From Prosthecochloris sp. (GTDB lineage Bacteria > Bacteroidota > Chlorobiia > Chlorobiales > Chlorobiaceae), in NCBI RefSeq assembly GCF_015482705.1, contig NZ_JADMLA020000039.1: 64,000 nucleotides of DNA; one strand, 5' to 3'. A model generated the notes under the pieces. That model ran no database searches and had not been told where the DNA came from. It saw only the letters and a list, made by a program, of their open reading frames with translations. The position numbers and the translations under genes are program-made. This document shows positions 41,149 through 50,305 of this stretch, piece by piece (positions within the stretch are counted from its first letter, which is position 1; each line of letters opens with the position of its first letter).

Positions 41149-41505
41149 TCATAGAGCGTACATGTAATCGACTACGGCATCTACCTCCTCCTCGCTCAGA
41201 ATACCATGTTTACCGAAGGGAGGCATGATGCTTTTGGGATTTTTTTCCGTAGCGTCCCAAATCTGACGCCGAAGGACGGACCTTTCCGGAAACCTCGCTT
41301 TCATCTGAATAAGAGGCGGGCCGAAATTACCCGGCTGTTCTCCTCCCGGCATCATGTGACAGGCCAGACAGTTCCCTTTCATGCTGTCGAAGGACACCTT
41401 CCGGCCAAGCTCGATCTGTTCTTCACCAGGCTCATCGGCCACGAGAGACGAGGGAAACAGAAAAAAAACAGCAGCAGCAATCATGTAGATATGCATCATA
41501 GTCAT
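41149..41505 (-). CDS. soxX: Monohaem cytochrome c SoxX
   Basis: 118 aa with a signal peptide, CLACH haem motif and downstream MPPFG Met ligand context. Confidence 0.85.
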   Translation of the reverse strand: MTMMHIYMIAAAVFFLFPSSLVADEPGEEQIELGRKVSFDSMKGNCLACHMMPGGEQPGNFGPPLIQMKARFPERSVLRRQIWDATEKNPKSIMPPFGKHGILSEEEVDAVVDYMYAL

Positions 41506-41559
41506 CTTACATTTGTTTACAGAAAAACATCTCCCAACAACAGCCGCTTATGGCACAAC

Positions 41560-42852
41560 TCATCCCCAGGTATTTGTTGTAATGTCCCGATACCATGTCA
41601 CAGCCTGGTCAGCCTCTTCACGATAACGCGCATCAGAAGCATCGATCGGTGTCATCCCACCCTCGCCCTTTACAACCGTTATCCGACCTGAATCGACCGA
41701 AAAGCTACCTTTCGCCGAAAAACCATATCCCTGAGTGACAAGACTGTAGCAGATGCTGCCGAATGAAGGTGACCGTGGCAGTTCACCGTTGAAAAGACGT
41801 AACACTGCCGAAGCAGCAACTTTTCCCTGGCTTCCTGCGGCAAATCCTGATTTCGGCATAGGTGCAGCCTTACATGCATCACCTATCACGTGAATTCCCG
41901 GATGAATGGTCGACTCCAACGTCAGAGGGTTCACCGGACACCATCCGGAAGCATCGGCAAGCCCTGTATCGAGGGCGATTTTACCCGCCTTCTGAGGAGG
42001 GATGACATTGATTACATCGGCGAACTCATCACCGAACTCGGTGGCAACACTCATTTGCTCTGAATTGACACTCTCCACCTTCCCACCGGCAAATGCCCCG
42101 CGCCATTCGATCATCCCGGGATAAAAGCGCTCCCATCCTTTCATGAACTGATCTTGATCTGAAAATCCATCCTTGCCGTCCAGTACGAGAACACGCGATT
42201 TCGACTTGTACTTTTTGAGATAATGAGCAATTAAACTTGCCCGTTCATATGGAGCTACGGGACAACGGTACTCTCCACCGGGCGGACAGATGATCACGGT
42301 TCCTCCATCCTTCATTGATGTTAGTTGTTTTTGTAACAACAACGTCTGCGGTCCGGCCTCATACGCGTGTGGCATTACGCCTGTTGCAACTTCTTCGCTG
42401 TAACCGTCAATGGCATTCCAGTCGAAACTTACGCCGGGAGAGACGACAAGGCGATCATATTCAAGAACCTTGCCTTTCTCCAGCCTGACTTTATAGGTAA
42501 TCGGATCGATTGCAAACGCCCTGTCTGCAATGACATCGACCCCGTACCGCTCTGTCAATAGCCTGTATGTTTGTGCTAACTCTTGGATATTTTGCAACCC
42601 GCAGAAAACCCAGTTACTCAAGGGACAGGTGTAATACACCACCTTCGGTTCGACAAGCGTTACCGCAACAGATGGATCGATTTCCTTGATATGTCTTGCG
42701 GCGGCCGCACCTCCGAACCCACCACCAATAACCACGACGCTCCTTGTCGAGGAATAAGCCTTTTTCGGTATACCAAGAGGCCCCATTACCGACCCGGCAA
42801 TACCTGCAATGAAAAGTCTGCTGAAATCTCTACGCGTAATCATTGCCGCCAT
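41560..42852 (-). CDS. soxJ: FccB-like flavoprotein (flavocytochrome c sulfide dehydrogenase flavin subunit homologue), SoxJ
   Basis: 430 aa. Tat signal ITRRDFSRLF and FAD fold VVVIGGGFGGAAAARH. First gene of the sox cluster. Confidence 0.8.
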   Translation of the reverse strand: MAAMITRRDFSRLFIAGIAGSVMGPLGIPKKAYSSTRSVVVIGGGFGGAAAARHIKEIDPSVAVTLVEPKVVYYTCPLSNWVFCGLQNIQELAQTYRLLTERYGVDVIADRAFAIDPITYKVRLEKGKVLEYDRLVVSPGVSFDWNAIDGYSEEVATGVMPHAYEAGPQTLLLQKQLTSMKDGGTVIICPPGGEYRCPVAPYERASLIAHYLKKYKSKSRVLVLDGKDGFSDQDQFMKGWERFYPGMIEWRGAFAGGKVESVNSEQMSVATEFGDEFADVINVIPPQKAGKIALDTGLADASGWCPVNPLTLESTIHPGIHVIGDACKAAPMPKSGFAAGSQGKVAASAVLRLFNGELPRSPSFGSICYSLVTQGYGFSAKGSFSVDSGRITVVKGEGGMTPIDASDARYREEADQAVTWYRDITTNTWG

Positions 42853-42952
42853 AAATCATTTCTTTTTTTCTGCCGAGCATAGCATCGAACTCTGAACATA
42901 TTACAACTATGTAATTATATAGTAATAATTGAAGAAACTTACAAGTATTTTT

Positions 42953-44080
42953 TTAAAACTTGACCACAACATCGGCCTGCCAGATATCGAGCCCTTCACC
43001 GGCATCTTCTGAACCAACGCCCTGATCATGGTTATAGTACTTGAGACTTAGCATCATGTTTTGCACGAGCAGATATTTACCTCCCACCTCGAAACCTTTG
43101 CCGTCAGTCCCTCCTCCAAAACGAGTACCGTCGGTGAACGCTCCGAGCAAAGCATCTTTCTCGATATAGCAATAATTGGCATCGATTTCCCATCGCCCCG
43201 GCTTTGCTGCCTTACCAAGTTTTGCTCCAAACAAGTAAGCCTTGTTTTCCTCATCAACGTCTTCGGCTACATTGATGGCATATTGACTGTAAACTTTCAA
43301 GGGAACCTTTCCAGTCAAGCCCGTATCGAAATACATGAAGATTTCGAGCACATCATAATCGTACTTCAGCGTAGCTGCAGGGGTGCCGCTACCAGTACCA
43401 CTGTTATTGAATAACTTGTCTTTATATGCCCAGCCAGCAACATTGGTATCAGCAATATTGAGGTAGTTGTAAAACCCCGCGCCAATCATAAAACTGCTAT
43501 TGTCGACTTTTCCATTCCAGGCCAATTGTGACACCCAGAATGCAGGATCGTTTTCACCATCACCCGCCTCATCGATGAAATAGTAACCAAGAACCGCATT
43601 CAGACCTGCAGAATGTTTCCTGCCGTCCTTACCGTAATGCAGAGACAGACCTTCGATGGTCAGGTCGGTATCCCATAAAAGATCGTTGACTCGAACAATG
43701 GACTCACTCACGGCACGCTTCCCGAGGACGATATCCACACGCCCGTCGAGTCCATATGACATAGGATGAAAATCAATATAGGCCTGATTGAGTTTGAACG
43801 ATTTTGCGGTAAAACCCTCACCAAGAACCTGCATTCGAGAAACAGGGTTGCTCCCTCCCGTCGAAAGCTCTATACCAGCGTTCAATTCTTCGCTGATTTC
43901 AGGAAAACCTCCTATACGAACGCGCAGACGATGGCTGTCACGGTTATTATCCTTCGTTTCGGGATTGTCAATCTGATAACGATACATGACATCCCCTTTC
44001 CAGTTCCACTCAACAGCAAAGGCATCGCTCACGACGCCGGCAAATACAAAAAAGACGAGCAACGTGATAAAATTCTTCAT
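42953..44080 (-). CDS. Putative outer-membrane porin (beta-barrel)
   Basis: 375 aa. Signal peptide MKNFITLLVFFVFAGVVSDAFA, alternating amphipathic strands rich in G/Y/D/N, and a C-terminal ...DVVVKF aromatic terminus. Co-directional, 100 bp upstream of soxJ. Confidence 0.65.
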   Translation of the reverse strand: MKNFITLLVFFVFAGVVSDAFAVEWNWKGDVMYRYQIDNPETKDNNRDSHRLRVRIGGFPEISEELNAGIELSTGGSNPVSRMQVLGEGFTAKSFKLNQAYIDFHPMSYGLDGRVDIVLGKRAVSESIVRVNDLLWDTDLTIEGLSLHYGKDGRKHSAGLNAVLGYYFIDEAGDGENDPAFWVSQLAWNGKVDNSSFMIGAGFYNYLNIADTNVAGWAYKDKLFNNSGTGSGTPAATLKYDYDVLEIFMYFDTGLTGKVPLKVYSQYAINVAEDVDEENKAYLFGAKLGKAAKPGRWEIDANYCYIEKDALLGAFTDGTRFGGGTDGKGFEVGGKYLLVQNMMLSLKYYNHDQGVGSEDAGEGLDIWQADVVVKF

Positions 44081-44097
44081 GGCATAAACAGTTAAAA

Positions 44098-44126
44098 ATG
44101 ATACTATTACAATTCCCTACTGTCAA
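44098..44126 (-). promoter_or_regulatory. Sigma70-type promoter candidate for the porin-sox unit
   Basis: The minus strand reads TTGACA (44126-44121), 17 nt, then TATCAT (44103-44098). The -10 element ends 17 nt before the porin ATG. Confidence 0.45.
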
Positions 44127-44529
44127 TGCCCGCAGAATTCTTCACGGCATGTGAAGTAATCGTTACCGCATCAGTGCTGTACGATACTTTCAGCACCACT
44201 CCAGCTTTTTACCGATTACAGAAATTATGTCTCGGAAAAGTCAGGGAAACCATATAACTATGAAATTATATATGAAATAATAGAGCATACTGCAAGTATT
44301 TAAGACGTATAAACAACAAAAAACAGAAGAAAACCGCTATAAAACGTTCGCTAATGCCGCTCAACCATAGCGCCCAATGCACCTCCTGACAAACGAAAAC
44401 GCATATCTGCAAGCCCGGCTATAAGCATCTCCGCACACTTGTCATTCAACAGTTTTATTATTACATTACCTCTCAATTTTTTGCAGGATTGATCCTGCTG
44501 TACGATCACATGTAACCGATTTCTGAGTT

Positions 44530-44724
44530 ATGGCCAAGAAACAAACATTCGGCGACAAGACAGCAAAGAAAGGTGGAAATGATTTCAAGGTTGCGAAACT
44601 TGTTTACTCGGTAAAGTCCGAGAAAACAAACGCCTGGAAATTCATGGAAAAAAACGTTCGCATTCCGAACGGCGAGAACGACCAGAAAGTCCTTACTGAC
44701 TTTGTCAGTAAAGCGACAAAATGA
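44530..44724 (+). CDS. DUF4295-family small basic protein
   Basis: 64 aa. MAKKQTFGDKTAKKGG...VKSEKTNAWKFMEKNVRIP resembles the small Lys-rich DUF4295 proteins of Bacteroidota/Chlorobiota. A terminator hairpin follows. Confidence 0.6.
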   Translation: MAKKQTFGDKTAKKGGNDFKVAKLVYSVKSEKTNAWKFMEKNVRIPNGENDQKVLTDFVSKATK

Positions 44725-44743
44725 GCTTAGCTTTTTTGCGATG

Positions 44744-44771
44744 AAGAGGCTGTCTCAAAGGGCAGCCTCTT
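44744..44771 (+). terminator. Terminator hairpin after the DUF4295 gene
   Basis: AAGAGGCTG (44744-44752) pairs with CAGCCTCTT (44763-44771), followed by a T-rich tail. Confidence 0.6.
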
Positions 44772-45071
44772 GTATTATGAGTATGCGATCCGCTCATGGC
44801 TGATGTCTCTTTTCAAGCAACCCGCAGTCCTAACCAGAAAACCTGGTAGTTCTTCCGTTTATCTCAATGGATATTGGATCACAATGAATCCCGAGCCCCT
44901 CTTTCACGAAACGATATGGTTCGAGGATATTATCCGATAAGATGATTTCTGTGCCGGTCTCGAGCTCTACGAACAGAAAACCTCATGTTTCAGAAAAATA
45001 ACGTTTCGTTTTTCTCGTTTTGTCCATATAACACAGAGGAAAACCGGAAGAGATGATAAACATCTATACTT

Positions 45072-45869
45072 ATGACCGATAAACCTGAAAAAGAATGGTT
45101 TGCCGAGTGGTTCAATCATCCCCTGTATCTGAAAGTATACAGCCATAGGAACGATGACGAGGCAAAATCTTGTCTTGAAACCATTATCAGCAAAACAGGA
45201 CTGGAAAGCTTTGAACCGTCAGATATCACCGTCATGGATATCGCCTGCGGTGCAGGACGACATGCATTGGAACTTGCCCGTCAAGGCTTCAAAACAACGG
45301 CAAACGATCTCTCCCCGTTTCTACTTGAATGTACACGTTCGCAAGCCGATCGGGAAAACATCTCGATCGAGTGCACCAGAGAGGACATGCGGCATATTAC
45401 CGCGGTAAACCGTTACGATCTCGTCGTGCAACTGTTCTCGAGTTTTGGTTATTTCAAAACGAAAGGGGAAGACCTTCAGGTCTTGGAAAATGTTTACAGG
45501 TCTCTGAAAAAAGGCGGCTGGTACATCCTCGATCTGATGAATCCCGTCTACCTGAAAAAAAACCTCATCCCCACTTCTTCCCGAAACATTGAAGGCCTGA
45601 ACGTTTCCGAACAACGCAGCATCGAATCCAACCGCGTTATCAAGCAAATAACGATACGCTCTTCAGACGAATCGATCTCTTTTGAAGAATCAGTCACGCT
45701 GTACTCATTGAAAACAATGAAAGACATGCTCCAATCGACCGGTTTTATAATTGATCGTATTATCGGGGATTACACGGGGTCGGCGTACCATACGGAAACG
45801 TCACCGAGAATGATGATTTTCGCAAAGAAAAAGGAATCGAAAAGAAATTGCGTCCAAAGTGAACAATGA
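45072..45869 (+). CDS. Class I SAM-dependent methyltransferase
   Basis: 265 aa. Motif I VMDIACGAGRHALEL and post-I acidic residue context. Confidence 0.75.
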   Translation: MTDKPEKEWFAEWFNHPLYLKVYSHRNDDEAKSCLETIISKTGLESFEPSDITVMDIACGAGRHALELARQGFKTTANDLSPFLLECTRSQADRENISIECTREDMRHITAVNRYDLVVQLFSSFGYFKTKGEDLQVLENVYRSLKKGGWYILDLMNPVYLKKNLIPTSSRNIEGLNVSEQRSIESNRVIKQITIRSSDESISFEESVTLYSLKTMKDMLQSTGFIIDRIIGDYTGSAYHTETSPRMMIFAKKKESKRNCVQSEQ

Positions 45870-45974
45870 TCCAGGTTATTTCATTGTTCATCAGAACATA
45901 GCTGTAATATCTGGAAGCAAAAAGCTCGGTATCGAGATTGTAGCTTCAAACAGTAAGATCAGCGCTCCTTTGCG

Positions 45975-46685
45975 CTACTTCAAAAGCATCTCTCGCAATG
46001 TTTTAATTCCGGCATGTCTGGCTTTCATGAGCAACATCTGAAAAAGCTGAGCGGTGAGAAATGCATCACCTGCTGCAGTATGCCTGTCGTAGAGGCGAAT
46101 ATTATAGCGTTCCAATAAAACATCCAGCCTATACTCCCCTCCTTTGTGTGCAAGATTGTAGTAGGGCCCCTTTTCAAGCCTTTTGGCAAGACTCGCCGTA
46201 TCGATAACCTGATTGAAAAGCTCGATTCGATACCGTTGTTTCAATATTCGGTTTATCATGGCAACATCGAAATCGGCATGTTGTGCCACAAGAACACTGT
46301 TCCTTATGTATTGCAGAAAACCGGTTACCGCATCATTTTCATCGCTTCCCTCATGAAGATCCCGCAAGAGAAGCCCGTGAGTGGTCACTGCTTCACAGTC
46401 ACCGACACTTTCTCTGCGAACAAGCACTTCGAATGAGTCTTCCACATTGATCTGGAGACCGTCGAGAGCAATCGCGCCGATTGAAATAACCAGATCTTTT
46501 CCACAATCGAATCCTGTTGTTTCAGTATCGAAAACAACAAAACGAACCTTTTCCAGGGATAGATCAAAATGTGAAGGTCCTGCAAAGCCATTCACATAGT
46601 CGCAAATACTTGCAGGAAGTTCCCCATGTCGACAACGGCGCAATGCAATTGATTTTGCAAAAAAGCTAATCACGAATATAATCAA
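45975..46685 (-). CDS. DEDDh 3'-5' exonuclease (DNA polymerase III epsilon-like)
   Basis: 236 aa. ExoI FVVFDTETTG, ExoII AQHADFDVAM and ExoIII HTAAGDAFLTAQ. Overlaps the upstream gene's stop by 20 nt. Confidence 0.85.
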   Translation of the reverse strand: MIIFVISFFAKSIALRRCRHGELPASICDYVNGFAGPSHFDLSLEKVRFVVFDTETTGFDCGKDLVISIGAIALDGLQINVEDSFEVLVRRESVGDCEAVTTHGLLLRDLHEGSDENDAVTGFLQYIRNSVLVAQHADFDVAMINRILKQRYRIELFNQVIDTASLAKRLEKGPYYNLAHKGGEYRLDVLLERYNIRLYDRHTAAGDAFLTAQLFQMLLMKARHAGIKTLREMLLK

Positions 46686-48618
46686 GCTGGAATCTCAGGT
46701 TCAGCGCTTTTTGTACTTTTTCGATGGTTGAAAAAACGTTTCTGAGGTTCTGCCGTTCAATTTTGTTAAGGGTTTCCGGTTTTATATAACGGCCCGAGGA
46801 AACATTGACAAGACCGTTGACAGCCCGTAAACGCATCAGAAATTCGTATCCTGCCGCTGCTTCCGCCCCAAGCTCTTTCATACCAGGCACAAGAACCTGA
46901 AGACGCTTGAAACGCTCGACAGTGCTGAAATATTCAGGAATCTTCTGTTCGTAGGCAAGAACCCTGGCGGCATCGGAAAGAGGCATCATAGCACGAGCCT
47001 TGATATCGAATTCATTTGCATGATCACGGCTTTTTTCAACCAGAAAATTGCGAAAAAAACCGAGAGGAGGAGGATTCTGCAAGGCATTTTTAGCGAAAAA
47101 ACCAAGAAACCCCCGGTTTTTCGCTATAAGATTGAAAATTTCCTGCTTCAGCTCAGCAGCGAGCTTTGCCTGGCCGAAAACAGGCCTGAAATCAAAAAAA
47201 ATTGTCGAATGCATGACCGCTTTCGGTTCAGGCGTTACGATCCATCTGGAAAAATAACTTTTCCACACGGACAACGGCTGACACCACATCGGATTGCTTG
47301 CCATGACGTCTGCCGGACACGCTACAAAACCACAATGCTGAAGGATACCGGTCACTTTTCCGCCGAGAGCCAGAAAATACTCATGAACCTCTTCTTTGTC
47401 TCCTGCTGCTGGTTCTGCATAAAGAATTGCATTATCCTGATCGGTGCGCAATAGCTGTTCCTTGCGACCTTCGCTCCCAAGCGACAACCAGCAGAAATCC
47501 ACATCAGGGCGTACGAATTCCATTTCCCTTTCAAGCTCTTTCAAGGAAAAGTCAATCGCTCTTGTGATGATTGCATCATTGATCTCCGTCACGATATTGG
47601 AAATGAAATGCACGGCCACTTCTTGCTCCATGTAGACTTGGAGAAGATTCTCCGTTATGTCTCTTTGTTCCTTGAGCTGATCACGATCCGAAGCCTGCAT
47701 GATCGCTTTCATGATAACGGCGGGATTATTCCCTTCAGAAGTGATGATATCGTGCTCTGATATAATCCCTGTAACAGCACTGTCAGGTGAACCGTCCTCT
47801 GTCATGCAGAAATGACGCAACTTCGTTTTCACCATGAGCATCACCATATCTGCAATGGTCTTACCACCGCTGATCGTATAGACCGGGCTGCTCATGATAC
47901 TGCTTACCGGCTCTTCCTTGATCGAACCAGGCCTCGAAACAACTTTTTTAGTAAGATCGGTGTCGGTAATGATACCGAGGGGATGTTTTTGAGGAGAAAC
48001 AATGATAATGGAACCGATATTTCGTTCTGACATTATCCTTGCCGCTTCACGGATGGTAATATCCGGTGAACACGTGATTACGTCCGTAACGGGCTTTACC
48101 TCGAGTGTCTCATTCTGCAGAAAACTGTTACATGACTGCTCCCTGTAGAGATGCTGCCCGATACCGAAAGCTTCGGTCAGCGTGTGTTCGATCTCTTCGA
48201 CACTTTTTGCGAAAGCACCGGCAAAGAAAAGGGATACTCTGGGATTTGTCTCGAGAAGATGCCTGATTTTATCGACGGGAAGCTCGAACAGCAGACTTTC
48301 TTCAGCAACCTGCGCAGTCAACACATAGTCCTGATGGGCGAAGATGGCTCTTACACCGAAAATATCCCCCTCGTCGCAAAGATCAACAAGCACCTCCTTG
48401 CCGTCAACATTGTCGAACAGGCGTACTGCACCCTTCATCACCATGAAGGCATGCTTTTTTAAAGTATCACCCTTTCTAAAAAGAATTTCCCCTTCTTCAT
48501 GGTAGGTAAGGGAAACCGACTCTGCCAGCTCCTGCAAAATATCAGGAGCGAGTTCGTCAAAAGGAGGATATTTTTGTAGATCCGCAACTACCCTTTCAAC
48601 TATGGTATTTGAAGGCAT
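46666..48618 (-). CDS. cNMP-binding + CBS pair + DUF294 nucleotidyltransferase-like signal protein
   Basis: 650 aa. N-terminal cyclic-nucleotide-binding fold (FRKGDTLKKHAFMVMKGAVRLF), two CBS modules (GSIIIVSPQKHPLGIITDTDL and VTGIISEHDI), then a nucleotidyltransferase-like region (LGSEGRKEQLLRTDQDNAILY). Confidence 0.8.
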   Translation of the reverse strand: MPSNTIVERVVADLQKYPPFDELAPDILQELAESVSLTYHEEGEILFRKGDTLKKHAFMVMKGAVRLFDNVDGKEVLVDLCDEGDIFGVRAIFAHQDYVLTAQVAEESLLFELPVDKIRHLLETNPRVSLFFAGAFAKSVEEIEHTLTEAFGIGQHLYREQSCNSFLQNETLEVKPVTDVITCSPDITIREAARIMSERNIGSIIIVSPQKHPLGIITDTDLTKKVVSRPGSIKEEPVSSIMSSPVYTISGGKTIADMVMLMVKTKLRHFCMTEDGSPDSAVTGIISEHDIITSEGNNPAVIMKAIMQASDRDQLKEQRDITENLLQVYMEQEVAVHFISNIVTEINDAIITRAIDFSLKELEREMEFVRPDVDFCWLSLGSEGRKEQLLRTDQDNAILYAEPAAGDKEEVHEYFLALGGKVTGILQHCGFVACPADVMASNPMWCQPLSVWKSYFSRWIVTPEPKAVMHSTIFFDFRPVFGQAKLAAELKQEIFNLIAKNRGFLGFFAKNALQNPPPLGFFRNFLVEKSRDHANEFDIKARAMMPLSDAARVLAYEQKIPEYFSTVERFKRLQVLVPGMKELGAEAAAGYEFLMRLRAVNGLVNVSSGRYIKPETLNKIERQNLRNVFSTIEKVQKALNLRFQLDYIRD

Positions 48619-48630
48619 ATACCGGTATGT

Positions 48631-49632
48631 TTAAAGCAACCCTTCTTCTTTATACCAATTGAAAGCACGCCGTATACTCTGCTCGATAGGTTCTGTTCTC
48701 ATATCGAGCTCACGAATGGCCTTCTCTGAAGAGAAATATAAGAACTCTGAAGCCACTCTGAACATTGTGGGGTTAAAAAGCTTGGAAACTCGGTTTTTGA
48801 AGTGCAGCATTACCAGTAAAGCATGCAGGAATTTTGTAACGAAAAACGGAAGGGGTACCATGAACATCGGTCTACCGGTAACCCGAGAGATTATATTCGC
48901 CAGCTCCTTGTACGTAACATTATCCCCGCCGAGGATGTAACGCTCTCCGGTACGACCTACCTCCATTGCACGAACTACTGCCTCGACAACAATCTCAACG
49001 TCGACGACACAAACGCCCCCAAGAGGGTAGAACGGCATTTTTTTATGATACGCGTCTTTTATGAGGCGACCGGCATTGAAGTTGACATCGCCCGCCCCGA
49101 ATACATAAGCCGGATTGACGATAACACAATCGAGCCCTTTTTCTACGGCTTTTTTGACCTCGATTTCAGCTTGCCTTTTTGTTTCAGCATAGTACAAGCC
49201 AACCTTATCGAAATTCCACTCCGATGATTCATTGCAGGGAGGATCGTTCTTTTTGGAAATCCCGACAGCGGTTATGGAACTGACATGAACGACTCTGCCG
49301 ACCTGCTTGTTGAGAGCGGCCTGCATGACATTGCGGGTTCCATCGACATTAATGGAACGGAGAAGGCCTACTTTACCGTTTGACCCGCCCATATAGGTAT
49401 ATCCCGCCGAATGATACACCTGATCCATACCTTCAAATGCATCTTGAAGGGAATCCACATTCGTAATGTCGCCTTCCACTATATGAACCTTGCCTGCAAC
49501 GTCCGAAAAGAGTTCAAGATTTGAACCCTTCCGAACGAGGGCATATACTTCATCACCGCCAGAAAGCAGCTTTCGTACAAGACGTGAACCAATAAAACCG
49601 GTAGCACCGGTCACCAATATTTTTCGTGACAC
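48631..49632 (-). CDS. NAD-dependent epimerase/dehydratase family protein
   Basis: 333 aa with a GTG start. VTGATGFIGSRLV Rossmann motif and YAETK catalytic YxxxK. Confidence 0.85.
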   Translation of the reverse strand: MSRKILVTGATGFIGSRLVRKLLSGGDEVYALVRKGSNLELFSDVAGKVHIVEGDITNVDSLQDAFEGMDQVYHSAGYTYMGGSNGKVGLLRSINVDGTRNVMQAALNKQVGRVVHVSSITAVGISKKNDPPCNESSEWNFDKVGLYYAETKRQAEIEVKKAVEKGLDCVIVNPAYVFGAGDVNFNAGRLIKDAYHKKMPFYPLGGVCVVDVEIVVEAVVRAMEVGRTGERYILGGDNVTYKELANIISRVTGRPMFMVPLPFFVTKFLHALLVMLHFKNRVSKLFNPTMFRVASEFLYFSSEKAIRELDMRTEPIEQSIRRAFNWYKEEGLL

Positions 49633-50217
49633 TTACTCGGCAGACTCCGTTGTTTCAGAAAGCACAGTCTCTTCAGATACATCGGCTGTTTGAGAAACAG
49701 TATCTTCCTCAGCCTGAGCAGAAACTACCGGGGCTTCTTCAGCTCCTAATTCGTCAAGCTGATCGGCAAGATCGTAGAATTTTTCTTGAATAGCCTCGTT
49801 TTCTCCTGCAAGCTCTTCGAAACGTTCACGATTTTCTTCCAGAAGTTCTTTGATAAGGCTCATGCTGTACTCAAGAGGAGCTCCACCGAGTTTTTCCTGA
49901 TAACCCGCAACAGCATCGTATATGCCATTCATCTCGTCAATATTCTCTTTCAGCATTGAAAATTCACTTCCGTATTGACTTACCAGCTTATCGAGTCCCT
50001 CGCTGTACTCCCATTTCAGATCTTCCTTCAATCCGTCAAGAACACCTTGCTGCTCCATTGTTACAGCTTTCAGAGCCGTTAACTCATCGCTTATTTCTGC
50101 CATGGTTTGCTCGATTTCACTCCTCAACCCCTCTTTTTCCCCGCTTCCGCAGGCTGCGAGACTGACGAACAGAAGGAGAACGCATACCTGTTTTAGAAAT
50201 GTGATAGACTGCTTCAT
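49633..50217 (-). CDS. Acidic, helical lipoprotein of unknown function
   Basis: 194 aa. Lipobox LAACGS after the signal peptide. Glu/Leu-rich, coiled-coil-like, with an acidic tail. Its stop TAA directly abuts the GTG of the epimerase gene. Confidence 0.6.
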   Translation of the reverse strand: MKQSITFLKQVCVLLLFVSLAACGSGEKEGLRSEIEQTMAEISDELTALKAVTMEQQGVLDGLKEDLKWEYSEGLDKLVSQYGSEFSMLKENIDEMNGIYDAVAGYQEKLGGAPLEYSMSLIKELLEENRERFEELAGENEAIQEKFYDLADQLDELGAEEAPVVSAQAEEDTVSQTADVSEETVLSETTESAE

Positions 50218-50305
50218 ATTTCACCTGTTTTTTTATGTTAAGGGTACTTGCACGAGCTGTTCCGCACCCATGATTATGACAAAGTAACTTGCTTTTTCTA
50301 CGGGG

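Noticed and set aside
44790-45060. Short ORFs (up to 18 aa, e.g. MNPEPLFHETIWFEDIIR) in the gap before the methyltransferase gene
   Set aside because: They are too short, lack ribosome-binding sites, and have no recognisable features.
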